The notes beneath the pieces are model-generated. The model searched no databases. It saw nothing but the letters and a program-made list of their open reading frames with translations, and was not told where the DNA came from. Of a stretch of DNA of 64,000 bases, positions 41,961-55,936 are shown in pieces. Both the position numbers and the translations under genes were made by a program. The stretch lies in assembly GCF_009914755.1 (NCBI RefSeq), contig NC_060948.1; one strand, written 5' to 3'. The stretch is from the human T2T-CHM13v2.0 reference genome, Homo sapiens. How positions within the stretch are numbered: position 1 is the first letter of the stretch; each line of letters begins with the position of its first letter.

Positions 41961-43969
41961 ACATTATTAAGCAGCATAGTGAGTAACATTGGTGTTACTG
42001 AGAATTTTTTATATTCATCATTTCACTTCTTCTAGCCTCAATGGAAATTGAAAAGGCTGAAATATGCTCTCTCTGATGCAAGGGGCACAATGGACATACT
42101 TCATTTCTTTCCGTTGTGTCCAAAGAGGTTTCAGTATTCCACCACGTAGGTACAAAATATAAACCAGAGCAGTGAAGTAGTTTTGCTTCCTTTCTTCCTT
42201 AATAAAGAGGTGCTTAAATAATATTACTATCTTGAAATTACTATTTCATATAAGAAAGCAATCTCATTTATAAGTAACTTTTTTCTTCTTGTTCTTCTAG
42301 CACACAGAAAGTTGCCTTTCTACTTGCAGAAATGATTAACTGTCTCTTAAGGTATTTTAATTTCATGAGAAGGATTGAGAAGAGATGGTGGGTGGAGACA
42401 GAGAAAAAACTGTGTTGCTTTTCTCCTGTTTTTGAAACTAACTCAGTCCCTGCTGATGACTTTAGAACAAGGCAGAGCAAAAAGGTTCATGACCCTCTGG
42501 TGAACCTATAAATTCTTCTGTATATTTGCATTGCTTACTCATAAAAAAATAGGTTATGGGTAGAACTGGAAGAGAAAGGTCAGCATAATTGTTTCTGAGA
42601 ATGAGGTCTATTTAAACATTTGAGATGTAGGGACCCGTGCCATGATGCAGAGGGAACAGACAATTTGTTGAAATATGGGCCTTCCCTGGAAGAGATAGAA
42701 ACAGAAGAAACAAGTATGTGTATATTTTCAAGAAGCAGGTACAAGATATTGCACAATTAATGTGCTGGAGTGATTACTTTTCACTTCAGAAATAAGGAAG
42801 AGTTGGAATTTCAGTTTGGTCTCCAACAGCATATCACCCTTTATGACAGAATGGAAATGTCACCAGCTGAGGAGATAGTGAAGGCAAATGCCAAGCAAGG
42901 AAGCTACAGCCATAGTCAGACCCCAGAAAATGGGTTGGTACAGATGAAACATTTGTAGTACAATGTTGGTGGTGTTATGTGAAATCAATCTGGAAAGAAA
43001 AAGGCAGATTATCAGAGCCCAGAATACCATGGCATTGGACTCTACCAGAGCAGAGACACTGTACATGAGATACAATCTTCCCCTCAGGGAATGCCTGGTG
43101 CAGATGACCACAGGTTTCTCGCAGGCAGAGACTGAATTCACAGAGAGCCTTGACAGGGCTGTTTCAGTATTCCAGGCAGATGATGAGGAAGACCCCTCTT
43201 GCAGCCACAGGACAGAGAGTGTGAATGTGCCAGGGCTAGTTACTGGGTGGATGGAAGATGGCTCATGAGCGAAGGACTGGGATGATCACTCCTGGGATGA
43301 AGCTGGTGCTGTGGAGTTTCTACATGTGTATGGAAAGAAACTATCAGAAATGTGGATGGGAGGCTAGGTATAGAGATCAGGAGTGGAGTAAAAGATATGG
43401 AAAGGATCCACATCAGAGTAATCGCTGAAACTCTAAGAAGGGCTGCCGTCCATTTGCAAGACTCAGTTTCAACACAAACAAAAAATTAAGAATAATAATA
43501 AATTTAAAAAAGAGCTGAAATAAGAGGCTGTCAATGTCAGCTAGTTGGCTGTAGAAGAACCAAACAGTGAAGGTGGCTGCCAGTCCAAGGTTGCTTCCAG
43601 GGGCATACATTGCCTCCCTCCTTCCTCTGGTTCTCTGCTTCCCTTCCATATTCTGATTCTGGCCTAGCAGATAAATTTATCTGTCCAATTAATAGACCTG
43701 CTAAGTCTTGCTTGAATTACAGCAACATATGAATGTTCCTTAGATTCCTGGTTAATTCAAATCTGAAGCACAGGACACTTGAGGGAAATTAATCACTTCC
43801 TTCATTGAGATGACCTATTTGTTTTCCATTGATGATAGCAATGATTCCAATTTTAAAAATTAGTTCACTGGCATACACGATGGAATTATAGTACTGCATT
43901 TTTAAACACTTAAAATGTTTTATAAATGTGTTTGTGTATTTTGTGCTTTCATGCCCATCTGTTTTAGAG

Positions 43970-43995
43970 AAGATGATTCTGGAATCAATGAAGAT
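43970..43995 (+). pseudogene. OFD1P: OFD1 pseudogene exon 21 5' remnant
   Basis: ctgttttagag|aagatgattctggaatcaatgaagat = KMILESMK vs OFD1 KMIEESLK, then a jump to sequence matching 25055 onward in unit 1. Confidence 0.7.
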
Positions 43996-44287
43996 GTTCG
44001 ACAGCTTCTCCAGTCACAGAATTTCTCATTCATTACACTAAAAAGAGCTGTTTTTCTAAGCTTATATTTCCTAAATTTTAAATGAGTATAACCTATCATA
44101 TTGATTAACTCCAGGCCTACTCTTTAAAGATTAAGCTATTTTCTTTCCTCTCCAGTGAAGGACTGCCATCTGTAAAATGAGGTCATCTTTTGCCGGCACA
44201 TTTCAGTTTTCTCCCGGAACATAAAAACACACAGAAATTCCTAGGCTTTATGAATAGTACAATATTGCCTCTGATCTTTACATTTAA

Positions 44288-44664
44288 TACCTGTGGTTTG
44301 AATGTGTGTGTCCCTCCAGAGTTCATATGTTGGAAGTTAAACCCTCCAGTGTGATAGAATTAAAAGGTGGGGGCTTCTGGAGGCAATTAAGAGTGCAATT
44401 AGCAACCCTATAAAAGGGCTTAATGGAAATAACTGGGCCCTTTTGCCCTTCCACCATTTAAGGATACTTTATTTGTCCTCTCTGGAGAACACAGCAACAA
44501 GATACCATCTTGGAAGCAGAAACTAGGCCTACGCCAGGCATTGAACCTGCCAGTGCCTTTACCTTGGGCTTCCCAACCTCTAAAACTGTAAGAAACATAT
44601 TTCTGGTTTCATAACTTACCCAGTCTAAGGTATTGTGTTATAGGAACAGGAAGATACTGAGATA
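44288..44664 (+). mobile_element. MaLR solo LTR (MST-type), unit 2 copy
   Basis: ctgtggtttgaatgtgtgtgtccctccagagttcatatgttgg...ccatcttggaagcaga...tattgtgttatagga; at the same position in the unit as 25349-25725. Confidence 0.88.
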
Positions 44665-45717
44665 GCATCTTTATTGTGGAAACTTTGGTCATAATACTTC
44701 ATGAATTGGCTTCAAGTATTTCATTAGTTTATAAATATAGGGTTCCTTCCCAGGTGGCAAGATCACTTTTGACAATTTAGAGACTTCTGGTGATCCTATC
44801 TATTACTTACACTTTCCTCTGTTGATTTGTGTGAATTAAATAATTGCACAAATTGTTACTTAAACAGAAGGTAGTATGTAGTGTGACAAATAGTACACCA
44901 ATTGAACTGTGTACTCTTCTCCTGCCATGCATGAATGAAAGGAGATGATCCAGAGTCAGAACCTGAATTAGAGATGGCCATGTGTCAATAGTGATAAAGA
45001 CTATGAGGCACTAAGAAATGTCAGATGCAGAGAACCCAAATTTAGAATCATGTTGACAGATAAGGAGTTCAAACAGATTATTAAATAAAATCCTGAGTAA
45101 CATATTTAGCTCTGCTATTCTAGAGAGTAACTGTTAGAACCAGGTTTTTTTTTTATATATATTCCTGAGTAAACCTTTCCATAGAATTTTGTACTATTGA
45201 TTTGAAAAAATAACCAACTACACAGGGAAACTTATTGTTGTACTTTGCCCAAGTTTAAGCCTTGTTAATCTTACTGGTAGATAGATTTTATTTGTTGCAA
45301 AACTGGTCATAAAACATATAACTTTATACAGAGAACTACAGAAGTGTTAGTGGCACTTTTATGCCCAATACAGCCCAGTGGATTATAATATTTTCTTAAA
45401 TTGCTGAAGAGATTTTTGCCAAAAATAAAACAAGTAGCACTCACAGACTTGATTTTTATAACAACATGAAATCTTTACTATGCACATTATTCAAATGTGA
45501 CACCATACTGGGGACAAAGATAGATTTATATATAGTAAAAAGGCAAGTAAATGAAGCTATAATATTACTTCATTACTCTTAGTACATCTACAACTATTTC
45601 CACTTATGGATGTCAGCAAAATAAGCATGCATAAATATTGACTATTTTCTACAAGTATTTATTGTAACGCTTGATTAGAACTATAGGAAGCGCTTGGCAC
45701 TTGGGCACTGACGGAAG

Positions 45718-46006
45718 TTTTTTCTTTTTTTTTTTTTTTTGTTTTTTTTGAGATGGAGTCTGCCCTGTTGCCCAGGTTGGAGAGCATTGGTGCAATCTTG
45801 GCTCACTGCAAGCTTTGCCTCCCGGGTTCACGCCATCCTCTGGCCTCAGCGTCTGGAGTAGCTGGGACTGCAGGCACCTGCCACAACGCCCGGCTAATTT
45901 TTTGTGTTTTTAGTAGAGACTGCGTTTTACCGTGTTAGTCAGGATGGGCCCAATCTCCTGATCTCATGATCCACATGCCTCGGCCTCCCAAAAGTTCTAG
46001 GATTCA
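45718..46006 (-). mobile_element. Alu (AluSc/Y-like), unit 2 only
   Basis: poly(T)-gagatggagtctgccctgttgcccagg...gctcactgcaagctttgcctcccgggttcacgcca...cctcggcctccc; absent at ~26850 in unit 1. Confidence 0.93.
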
Positions 46007-47791
46007 AGGACTGAAAATGTTGATTCACTTTTAGATTATGACAATTTATACACAGCAAAATTTAATGCTCTTTACATAAAAAATATTAGACTACTTAAAC
46101 AAAACTTTCAAAAATTCCTGCAGCTACCAGAATTAGAAAAGTAAAATTAGGGTTGAGACACTCCCCTTCTAGAAAACTGGACTTCAATGCATCACCACTG
46201 CTGGAAAAAATAGTCATGGAACAGGAAAACAAACAGTGAGATACTTTGAAATAGCCATTCTGCACAGAAGAGAGCTTCTCTCAATTAAAAAAAAAAATCC
46301 CAAATAATAAAAAAACCCCCAAAACTCTACCGATATATGATACTTGATGTTCAAGTTTAATAGCATGCTGATAGAGGTGTGCTTCCTTACTCAATTTTGA
46401 ATACATTTCTGCACATGTATATTATAAAATTCAGGAAACAGCCAAATCACAAGTTAATTCTTGACATGAATTTACAGTTAATCCTATTCTAAGCAGCACA
46501 TTTGAAAGCACTGATATACCCAACAGTTACACAGATTATTTCATAATGAAAAACACAAAGTTTACCATCACTAATACCCAGTAACTATAGTCACTTAATG
46601 TCTGCTACTCAATAATAATGCAGAAGGCAAGCTTGTATTGAAACTGGCTTAAACTCAAGTACTTTTCTTGCTAAACATCAAACTTTATTATTCCAGGAAA
46701 CTAAGATTTAGATTAAACAAATAAATACTAAACCTAATTTAAATTCTGTCTTCGAGTCTATAAAAGTAAGAGATTAGTGGCCTATGGTCAGTTTAAATTT
46801 AGGTTTTAGAGAGTTGGTATGAAACTGTTTAACTAGACCACTGAAATGGTTAAAATTGGGGGGTCATTTTAATAAAGTAACATTTTCTATTTAAGAAAAA
46901 TATTTATGGAGCAAAATTACATGAAACATATTTGGGTCTGTGGTTGTGATACAAATTCTTAGAAATTTAAACATATCCTCCTTAAGATGGAGCTGACATT
47001 TTTATCCCAAGGATAATGAAAAATGGATGAGTATGTTGTTGGAATATAACCTATTAAAAAATTGCTTTTGGAAATCTTGTGAATGAGTCTTAATCCAGAT
47101 CTGTTAGGAGTAGATTATAAAATTGCATTTGGAAAGCTAATCAATGAGTCAGAATCCAAATTCTTCTGTAGTGGAGTCAGCATAATTGTTGCTAATTTTT
47201 GCATTTTTGAAAAATATTTTCTTATTGGCTGAGGAAATTAAGGGAGCCTGGACTTGGGAAGAAAAGCTAATTTGAAAAGTCAGTCATAAAAATCACATTA
47301 TCTTTGAGGCAAAGTTTAATAAATGCCAGCTCTAAGAATTGAAACTTCACCCCTATTCCATTTTATTTCCTATGTAGATAGCAGTTATTTGAGGATAGAT
47401 GGCGTATATGTGAATTCGTGGTCTCATCCCTTGAAAGCTGGCATGTTACAGGTCCCTATCAAGAAGCATCACATATTCCAATGAGTGTCTTAATAGAACT
47501 GCTCTAGCAACAAATGTGAACATGCCACAAATTTCCGGAGTATGAACAATCATTTTAACAAAGGGTTGCCTTTTAAAATTGCTAACTTAAAACCTCTCAT
47601 ATTTTTTCTGAATAAAAAGATTTAACCACTGGGAAGTTTTCCTTGGAGATACATCCCAGTAGCTTGAGATAGAAAGTGAGGTATTTGAACATTTACATTA
47701 GTTTGGTGGAATACATATGTTTACTGCAGAGCAGCCATGTGATGATTTGTCAGAGCTGTAAATGCTTCAGCTGAAACACTCTGCCAAATAT

Positions 47792-47938
47792 TTATGTGTA
47801 AGAATTGAGTTATTCATTTTACTACGACTTGATATCTTGCAGTTCCTGTTCCTTCTTTGCTTGGGTATCTTCACAAGCCTGCATTGTGTTGGCATCCAAG
47901 TAAGCTCTGTTAGAAGACAGTATCATGAGAATGTGGAT
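47792..47938 (-). pseudogene. GPM6BP: GPM6B pseudogene, last coding exon (unit 2)
   Basis: ttctag|IHILMILSSNRAYLDANTMQACEDTQAKKEQELQDIKS**NE*LNSYT*; three premature stops. Confidence 0.92.
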
Positions 47939-48826
47939 CTAGAAAAGAAGGGTGAGTAGGATGTCTAGAGAGCATGTGAGAAGGCAAAGCATCATGCTAG
48001 TTAGGTTAGATGGAGTTGACGTTGAAGGGGAAAAGTGTTATTCTGTATTAATATTTGCTCTATTGCAGAGCTGTGAAATTCTGAAAACATGCTCTACTAC
48101 TTGGCTTCACATTTTGAAACTGAAGAAAAGTAAGTACACAAACATTGCAAAGTGTTTCTATTGATGACTAAATGTCTGTATACTCATTAGTCTAGATGAG
48201 TCACATATATAACACATCTCACTACAATTGGGGCTTGTCTATATAAATAGATATTCATAAAATTTGCCTCAGATGTATATTGTGATAATGCTACTGAGGA
48301 ATTTATGTTTGTGACTGTTATATTATCTTTAAAATTTTTTAATATTTTGATGTTTCATATTTTGTCTGTTGCCTTGCATCTATAGTTCTCCATCTTTATT
48401 CCTTGCATTTTTTCTAAAATTCTCATTTTCCTTATATAATAACAGTGGCCTAATTTTTTTGGATAAATACTTGTTAATTTTTTCTAAATCCTTATTTTCA
48501 ATATTTCAGTGTGATTATTCCTAGGTGAAAGCAAATTTTTATCAATCTAACGGTAGAGTATTTTATATTTTAACACATGAGTTTAAACAGCTTACATCTA
48601 ATATGGTTACTCTCTTATCTAAATAACTAACACCTGCTCAGTCAGTTTTTCATTTACCCTAGATTTTCTTTGGCTCTGCCTTTGCCTCCTATCTGCCTTT
48701 GTTCTTCTCTCCCTTTCCCCACCCGTCACCTGTTTTTCTAATTGTATTCATTTACTTTTCTTACTCGTATTTTTTTCTTTTTGTGCTTTTGACATTAATC
48801 ACCAAATTTCTACAGTTTCTGTAGTT

Positions 48827-48906
48827 AATCAAATTCAAAAATCAAATTAAAAAAATCAGAAAATCAAATTAAAAAAATTAAAGAATCAAATTAAAAAAAT
48901 TCAATA
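48827..48906. repeat. Short imperfect tandem repeat with core aatcaaattaaaaaa (~4 copies)
   Basis: aatcaaattcaaaaatcaaattaaaaaaatcagaaaatcaaattaaaaaaattaaagaatcaaattaaaaaaattc. Confidence 0.9.
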
Positions 48907-49270
48907 GCATTTTTTAAACAAAGTAAAACCTATGTCTAGCCCCGTTCAGAAAACAAAACAAACAAACAAACAAAAACTTCCTGCCTACCTCTTTTATTTT
49001 GAGATTTATTTTTCTCTTTGCTAAAATAAAATAAGCTTTATGTTTCTTTCTCTTGGTCTTTTGATAAGTCTTTAATATTGGCATAATCTTTGAGAGTTAA
49101 AAATATGTTTCTAGTAAATGATAATTTATGTGGATAAATATTTTCTGTAGAGATTATTTTCAAAATCTGTGTGTTTCCCTTTCTGTATATTTTTGTCTTC
49201 TTTTGTTTCTTGTAAATGTATATAAAACCTTCCACCACTGAGTTCCACTTTCCTGACTTCTGTTTCATTT

Positions 49271-49481
49271 ACGGTCACCAGATATAATACAGGATTACCA
49301 GTTATATTTTCATTTTAAATAAGCAAATAGCATTTTAGTATAATTCTCAATATTCTAGTAACTTACTAAAATTCTCGTTATCTCATGGGACAGGCTCATA
49401 CTGAAAACAAATTCTTTATTGTTTGTCAAAAAGTAATCAAATTTTAAATTGAAATGTTATGTCCCTGCACCTGGCAAACTT
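49271..49481. mobile_element. MER53-like MITE, unit 2 copy
   Basis: ccagatataatacaggattaccagtta...catgggacaggctcatactgaaa...ctggcaaac; same position in the unit as 30025-30257. Confidence 0.7.
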
Positions 49482-50664
49482 ACTACAGATCAACATAGGA
49501 AAGTACTTTTCCTACTGTACTTGTTCGGGGTCTACTGCAGAAGAAACAAACAAACAAAATATTATTTGAGTTCCTTTAATATATGGTTGATTTTTCAATA
49601 ATGTATAATTGTCTATTTAAAAAAGATTATTTTTTTCCTCCTACCCACATCTTTTTTCCTTTAGATTCCATTTCTTCATCTCAGAGAACTCCTAAACCTA
49701 CTCATTATGAAGACTTTTTTGATTCAACTTTTTATCCTTGAGTATGACCATTAAGTGTGTCTTCCTTTGCTACCCCTTAGGACATGGAACATCCATCTGT
49801 GAATTGTTAATGTCGTCTGTGAAGTGATAAAGCAATCTTTAGTTCTTGAGTGTAAAGTGATTCTTAGTGGGGCAGTTTTGTGTTAACCTTTTTAGGTTAA
49901 CCTTTTAGGTTAATTGTTCAATCTAGTATTGTATACCCATTTCTGCCTTTGGGGACCTTATATTTTGTAGGCAACATGAAAAAATCTAACCTCAGTCTTG
50001 AATATACCACAGGATAGAGGCTGAGATATAAATCTTTCTCTCATGTATTTGAATACAAACCTCATTCTGTGTTAGATCCTAGTATCTGTGAGACATGACT
50101 CTCTGTACTGACTTAAGTATTTTACCAAAATGTCTGAATCATGCTTTCTTCCACCAATTATTTAGGCAGGGTGCCCAACCCCACTGGACACAGAAATGGT
50201 CTCTTTCCTGAAAATATATCTAAATTTACTCCTCAGTTTACTGTATCAATGAACTGTCAGGTTTAATCTCACACTAATATTGCTGGAGTCCAAACCTCAG
50301 GGATGTTTCTTTTCTTGATAGTCAGTGTGTTATTCTTTTTTAAAATTTTATCTTACACTTAGAAGCTCTGGCTTTCATAGGAGTTGTTTTTGCAGCTTTT
50401 AACTTTGCTCCAGTGAACTGAAAAATAAACGCTTGATTTCTATTAAATCATTTGTCACTTAACAAATAAAATCTCTGACAAAGGTCTTTCTACTATAACC
50501 CTTCAGCATTTGAGGAAGAACACATTTTTGCTTATATTTTCTGGAAGTCTTCCCAATTTTGTTTTATTTTGAAGGGTAGGATATGTATTTTATAATTTTT
50601 TCATTGATCTATATTATTAATATGCTCTAAATCATTGGCTATTTTACATATATTATAAAGGCTT

Positions 50665-51067
50665 TGTTGGGAACAGGCCCCAAAATCTGGTCATAGATTG
50701 GCCCCAAAACTGGCCATAAGCAATATCTCTATAGCACTGTGACATGCTTCTGATTGCTATGATGACTACAATGAAGGTTGTTTATCAGAATGAAGGCCAA
50801 GGACACCTGGCACACCCAGGGCAGAAAATCACTGAAGGTATTCCTGAACCACAAATAATACCATGAACGATCTGTGCCTCAAAGACACTTTCCCACTGCA
50901 GATAACTAGCCAGAGCCCATCCTTTGTCTCCTGTTTTAGTTAATCTGTAATCTATAGAAACAATGCTTATCACTGGCTTGCTGTCAATAAATATGTGTGT
51001 TAAACTCTGTTTATGGCTCTCAGCTCTGAAGGCTGTTAGCCCCCTGATTCTCACTGTGCACACTATA

Positions 51068-51105
<38 letters not shown>

Positions 51106-54100
51106 TTTAATGCCGCTAGTGCCATTGGGTTATGGTTTCCATGACCGAGCTGGCCTCGGCAAGTGGTGACTATACGGGGTCTCAAACCCAGGTCAAAGGT
51201 CACCGGAGCAATGGTTGGAGAATGTAGGACTACACTGGAGGACATCTGGCTACTCTTAAGCAATCGCCATAGTGAGTTAGAAGGGGAGTTTGGAAGCATC
51301 AGGTTAACAATGGGACAAGTCCAGGTTCTGGTTTGTTCCACCTTGGAACATTTTCACATTGATGATTAGGAGGAAGGAGAGTATAGCAAAGTAACAGAAG
51401 AGGTGACAGAATAGGTTTGTTTGCCAGCTAAAGCTAAAGTGGCAAAGGAGAGAGAGGTTTGTCTCTGCCCTTCTTCACTCCCTCACTATTTTGAAGAAAA
51501 AGAGTGGTCTGACCCTGTAGATCTTTCTTTTCTGGAACCCACTGACCAAAAACTAGTTGCCCCATGATTGTTCAAGCAGTGCCATGAGCAATTGCTCTTC
51601 GTTCTATTCAGGCAGGAATTCAGCAACCTAGACGAGAGGGTGATATAGAGGCTTGGCAGCTCCCTGTTAGGATACATGCCCCAGGTCAACAGGGAAATAT
51701 TATCACTACTTTTGAGCCTTTTCCTTTTAAATTACTCAAAGAATTTAAACCAGCTATTAATCAATATGGACCAGGTTCTTCTTTGGTAATGGTACCGTTA
51801 AAGAATGTTGCTGTCCCCAGTCAGATGATTCCTACTGAATGGGATGCTCTTACGTGAGCTTGCCTGACTCTCGCTCACTTTTTACAGTTTAAAACTTGGT
51901 GAGGAGAAGAAGCTTTTTTCAGCCTTCTCACAATGCGCAGGCCCAACCTCAAATTAATATAACTACAGACCATCTTTTGGGGGTAGGCAGCTGCGTTGGT
52001 TTGGATGCACAAGTGGTCATGCTGGGTGATGCCATAGAACAGCTTAGAGGAGTATGCATTAGAGTTTGGAAAAATAACTTCAGGAGGAGAACAATATCTT
52101 TCCTTTAGTGCTATAAAACAGGGACCAAAAGAACCATATGCAGATTTTATAGCTTGGTTATAGGAGTCTCTTAAAAAATGACTGCAGATTTAGCTGCTGA
52201 GGATATAATGTTGCAGTTATGAGCTTTCGACAATGAAAATCCATATTTCCAGGTGGCTCTGTGACCTATTAGAGGGAAAGCACATTTAATTGACTATATC
52301 AAGGCCTGTGATGGTATCAGAGGTAATCTGCATAAAGCTACTTTGGTGGTGCAAGCCATGACAGGACTGAAAGTGGGTAAAGGAAATACTCCATTTCCTG
52401 GAGCTTGTTTTAACTGTGGGAAGCATGGTCACACTGGAAAAGAATGTGAAAAAAATCAGTGAGTCAGGCCACAAGTTGAGGGATAAAAGGAAAACTGCTG
52501 AGCCTGGAATATGTCCAAAATGCAAAAAGAAAATTACTCGGATAATCAGTGTCACTCTAAGTTTGATAAAGATGGAAACCTGATTTTGGGAAATGCCAGG
52601 AGGGGCCGTCCCAGTCCGCTTTCTAAACCAGGGCATTTCCAGCTCAGGAAATGCCCTATATTTCATCTCAAAAGGTGGAGTTTGCAGCTGTAATTGAGGT
52701 ATGGACTTGTTTTAGTATGCCTATAAATGTGATTTCTGATTCTTCATATGTGGTTCATTCTACACAGTTACTTGAAAATGCTCAGCTATGATTCCACACA
52801 GATGAGCAACTGATGACTTTATTTACCCAATTACACACAGCAGCTAGAAGTAGAATGAACCCTTTTTGCATTACTCATATTAGAGCTCATAAACCTCCTC
52901 CAGGACATTTGACTGCAGGGAATCAAATGGCTGATCCGCCAGTTGCTACTACAATATCTAATGCCAGACACTTTCACAATTCAACCCATGTTAATGTTTT
53001 TGGTCTCAAACACAGTACAGCATTATCTGGAAAGAAGTGAAAGCTATTATCCAGCGATACCCAACTTGCCAAATGGTGCATTCCTCATCTTTTACAGGAG
53101 GAGTTAATCCTCGAGGATTAGGACCTAATTCTCTTTGGCAAATGAATGTCACACATTTTCCCTTGTTTGGGAGACTAGCTTATATACATGTATGTGTGGA
53201 CACATTTTCTCACTTTGTCTGAGCTACTTGCCAATCAAGAGAGTCTTCTGCCTGTGTTAAATGTCACCTTTTGCAGTGTTTTGTGGTGATGGGCATTCCA
53301 GCTTCTTTAAAAAGGACAGTGACCCAGGCTATAGTAGCCAAGTTCTAGCTACATTTTTCTCTATATGGAATATTAAACACATTACTGGTATCTCATATAA
53401 TTTTCAAGGACAAGCCATAGTGGAAAGAATGAATCTCTTCCTTAAACAACAGTTGCAAAAGCAAAAGGTGGAAACAGGGACTGTGGGATGCCACATATGA
53501 AATTGAATCTAGCATGATTTACTCTAAATTTTTTGAGCTTGTCTAGGACCAGATGCTATCTGCAGCCAAACAGCATCTACAGAAGCCAGCTGCAAAGATA
53601 GAAGCAGAAAAACTGGTTTGGTGGAGAGATCCAATAATGGAAAGTTGGGAAATAGGTAAAATAATAACATCGAGTGGAGGTTATGCTTGTGTTTCTCCAG
53701 TACCAAATCAACTGCCAATGTGCATGCCATTGAGACATCTAAAGCCCTGCTATGAGCCAGATACCAAGAAAGTGGTTTTGAGAGGATTCCAAAGACACAT
53801 CGGTGGCAGTCTTGTCTAAGTTGACCCTGAGGAGGACCCCAAATATCATGAGCAACACCCATCAAAAGCAGCCACCCACCTGAGGACAGATCAAGAAGCT
53901 GTCACAGATGGTGAGAGAAAATCTGAGGTGGGACAACCAGTCCCAGTGAGTAATTTAATGATAGCTATCAAAGCGGTGATCACCATTGCCATGAGTATTT
54001 CTTTAACAGAACTGACACAGTCCTGTCCATGCTGACACACATGCTTTCTGGTCTCAGTATATTTCATAATAAATCTGCTCCTATAATTGAGGCATACCAC

Positions 54101-55287
54101 CCTTAAAAACCTATTTGTAAACAGAGCTGGACGTGGCCAGAGAAAATGAATGTACTTGTTTGGGAAAATTGCATTGCAGAACAGACTGAGGTGCTGTGTA
54201 ACAATTCCTAGGGAATCCTTATTGTTTGGCCCCCTAAGGGGATGTTTACCTTAAATTGCAACTCTCAGTCTATGTGCCACAGCCACATTATGTTCAGCTG
54301 GTCTGAACAAAGCCATCAGATGGTAAAAATGGTAAGAAGTACCGCAAGAGTTCCTCTGGAAACATGGCGGTATAATGGCACCTCAACCTCAAATGATATG
54401 GCTCGCTCTAGGAGCTAAAAATAAGGATTTGTGGAACCTATTAATGGCTCTTCGTAGTATAAACATTTGGGAAAGAATAAAAAAGCATCTAGAAGGACAC
54501 TCTATGAACATGTCTTTGGATATTGTAAATTAAAATAACAATTATTTGAAGTATCCCAGGCACACTTAACCTTAATGCCAGGAACAGGGGTACTTGAAGG
54601 AGCTGCAGATGGATTAGCAGCTACTAATCCAATAAAATGGATAAGAACTCTTGGAGGTTCTGTGATTTTAATGATGATTGTGCTTTTAGCCTCTGTTGTT
54701 TGTCTTTGTATAGTCTGCAGATGCAGATCCCGACTCCTGCGAGAAGTAGCTCAGAGTAGTAAAGCTGCATTTGCTTTTATTGTCTTAGAAAAACAAAAAA
54801 AGAAGACATGTTGGGAAAAGGCCCCCAAATTTGGCCATCGACAGGCCCCAAAACTGGCCATAAGCAAAATCTCTGAAGCACTATGACATGCTCAAAATAG
54901 ATATGACGTCTACACTGAAGGTTGTGGGTTTACCAGAATGTGGGCAAGGAACACCTGGCCCACCCAGGGCAGAAAACCACTTAAGGCGTTCTTGAACCAC
55001 AAATAATATCATGGGTGATCTGTGCCTCAACGACATGTTCCTGCTGCAGATAACTAACGAGAACCCCTCCCTTTGTCTTCCATTTTACTGAATCTATAAT
55101 CTATAGAAACAACGCTGATCTCTGGCTTGCTGTCAAGAAATATGTGGGTAAAACTCTGTTCATGGCTGTCAGCTCTGAAGGCTGTCAGCCCACTGATCCC
55201 ACTCTGCACTTTAGATTTCTGTGTGTGTGTCTTTAATTCCTCTAGTGCCACTGGGTTAAGGTCTTCACGACCTAGCTGATCTCAGCA
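50665..55287 (+). mobile_element. HERV-K(HML-3)/HERVK9 provirus with MER9-type LTRs; pro/RT and parts of env deleted
   Basis: LTRs 50665-51161 and 54809-55287 (tgttgggaa..ggccccaaaactggccata...ctcggca/ctcagca). gag ATG ~51310 with NC knuckles (tgttttaactgtgggaagcatggtcac). Jump at ~52670 to RNase H/IN (HIRAH; CPTCQ-like; PNSLWQMNVTH). env TM 54575-54790. Imperfect TSD ggctt/gactt; empty site at ~31720 in unit 1. Confidence 0.92.
51070..51104. repeat. (TG)n microsatellite inside the 5' MER9 LTR
   Basis: About 17 TG units versus about 5 at the equivalent 3' LTR position (~55220). Confidence 0.95.
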
Positions 55288-55936
55288 GACTTCTCTAAGA
55301 ATATTTAATTTTGGTGAAGACTTTATTTTATAAAACCACTTTATTGTAGGTAAATCATATCATGTCATTCTCTATAATCATATCTTCCCATGTTTTGCGT
55401 TATGAGATTTGGTTTGCATGGAACTTTCAAAGCCGTTCTCAACCATTCACTTCCTAGGATTTCCAGTTACGATGCAACAGCCCAGTGTTTCCTCCAAACA
55501 ACTAAAACACCATGGATATAACGAGAAAAAAACAAGGACAGGCTCTGAAAGGCAGAAAGAGGAAGGCAGTTTGTCTAGGGACTTTAGGACTTAAAGATTG
55601 ATAACATTGTCACTTTTCTGGGTTTTCCTATTTTCTTCCATATATCACAGATGATGGACTGTAGAAGCTTCCAACACAGAATCTCCAATAGGCACAGATA
55701 AAAAGGACTTCAAGCAAATCCTGTTCTCTCTCAGCCAAAGGACCAGGAGAGGATGGCCTAACCATACACAATCACACAAAACATTTCTAGGGGTAATAAC
55801 CAAGCTATTCCAGACAAACGCTACGAGAAAAAAAAAAAAAAAGCTAGTATTGCCATTTGTGTGGAGCCATATACAAAGACAATCTTCTCACGGGGCAGTA
55901 ATGCTTGATTCTCCATAAAGTCAAAGTAGGCAGCAA

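Larger units (their letters stand above)
41038..55825 (+). repeat. Segmental direct duplication unit 2 (with unit-specific Alus, HML-3 provirus and deletions)
   Basis: See unit 1. Starts ggagctttgtcctttgtttcaggg (cf. 20409). Homology with unit 1 ends at ccaagctattcc (~55800) vs ccaagctactc (32194). Confidence 0.95.
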
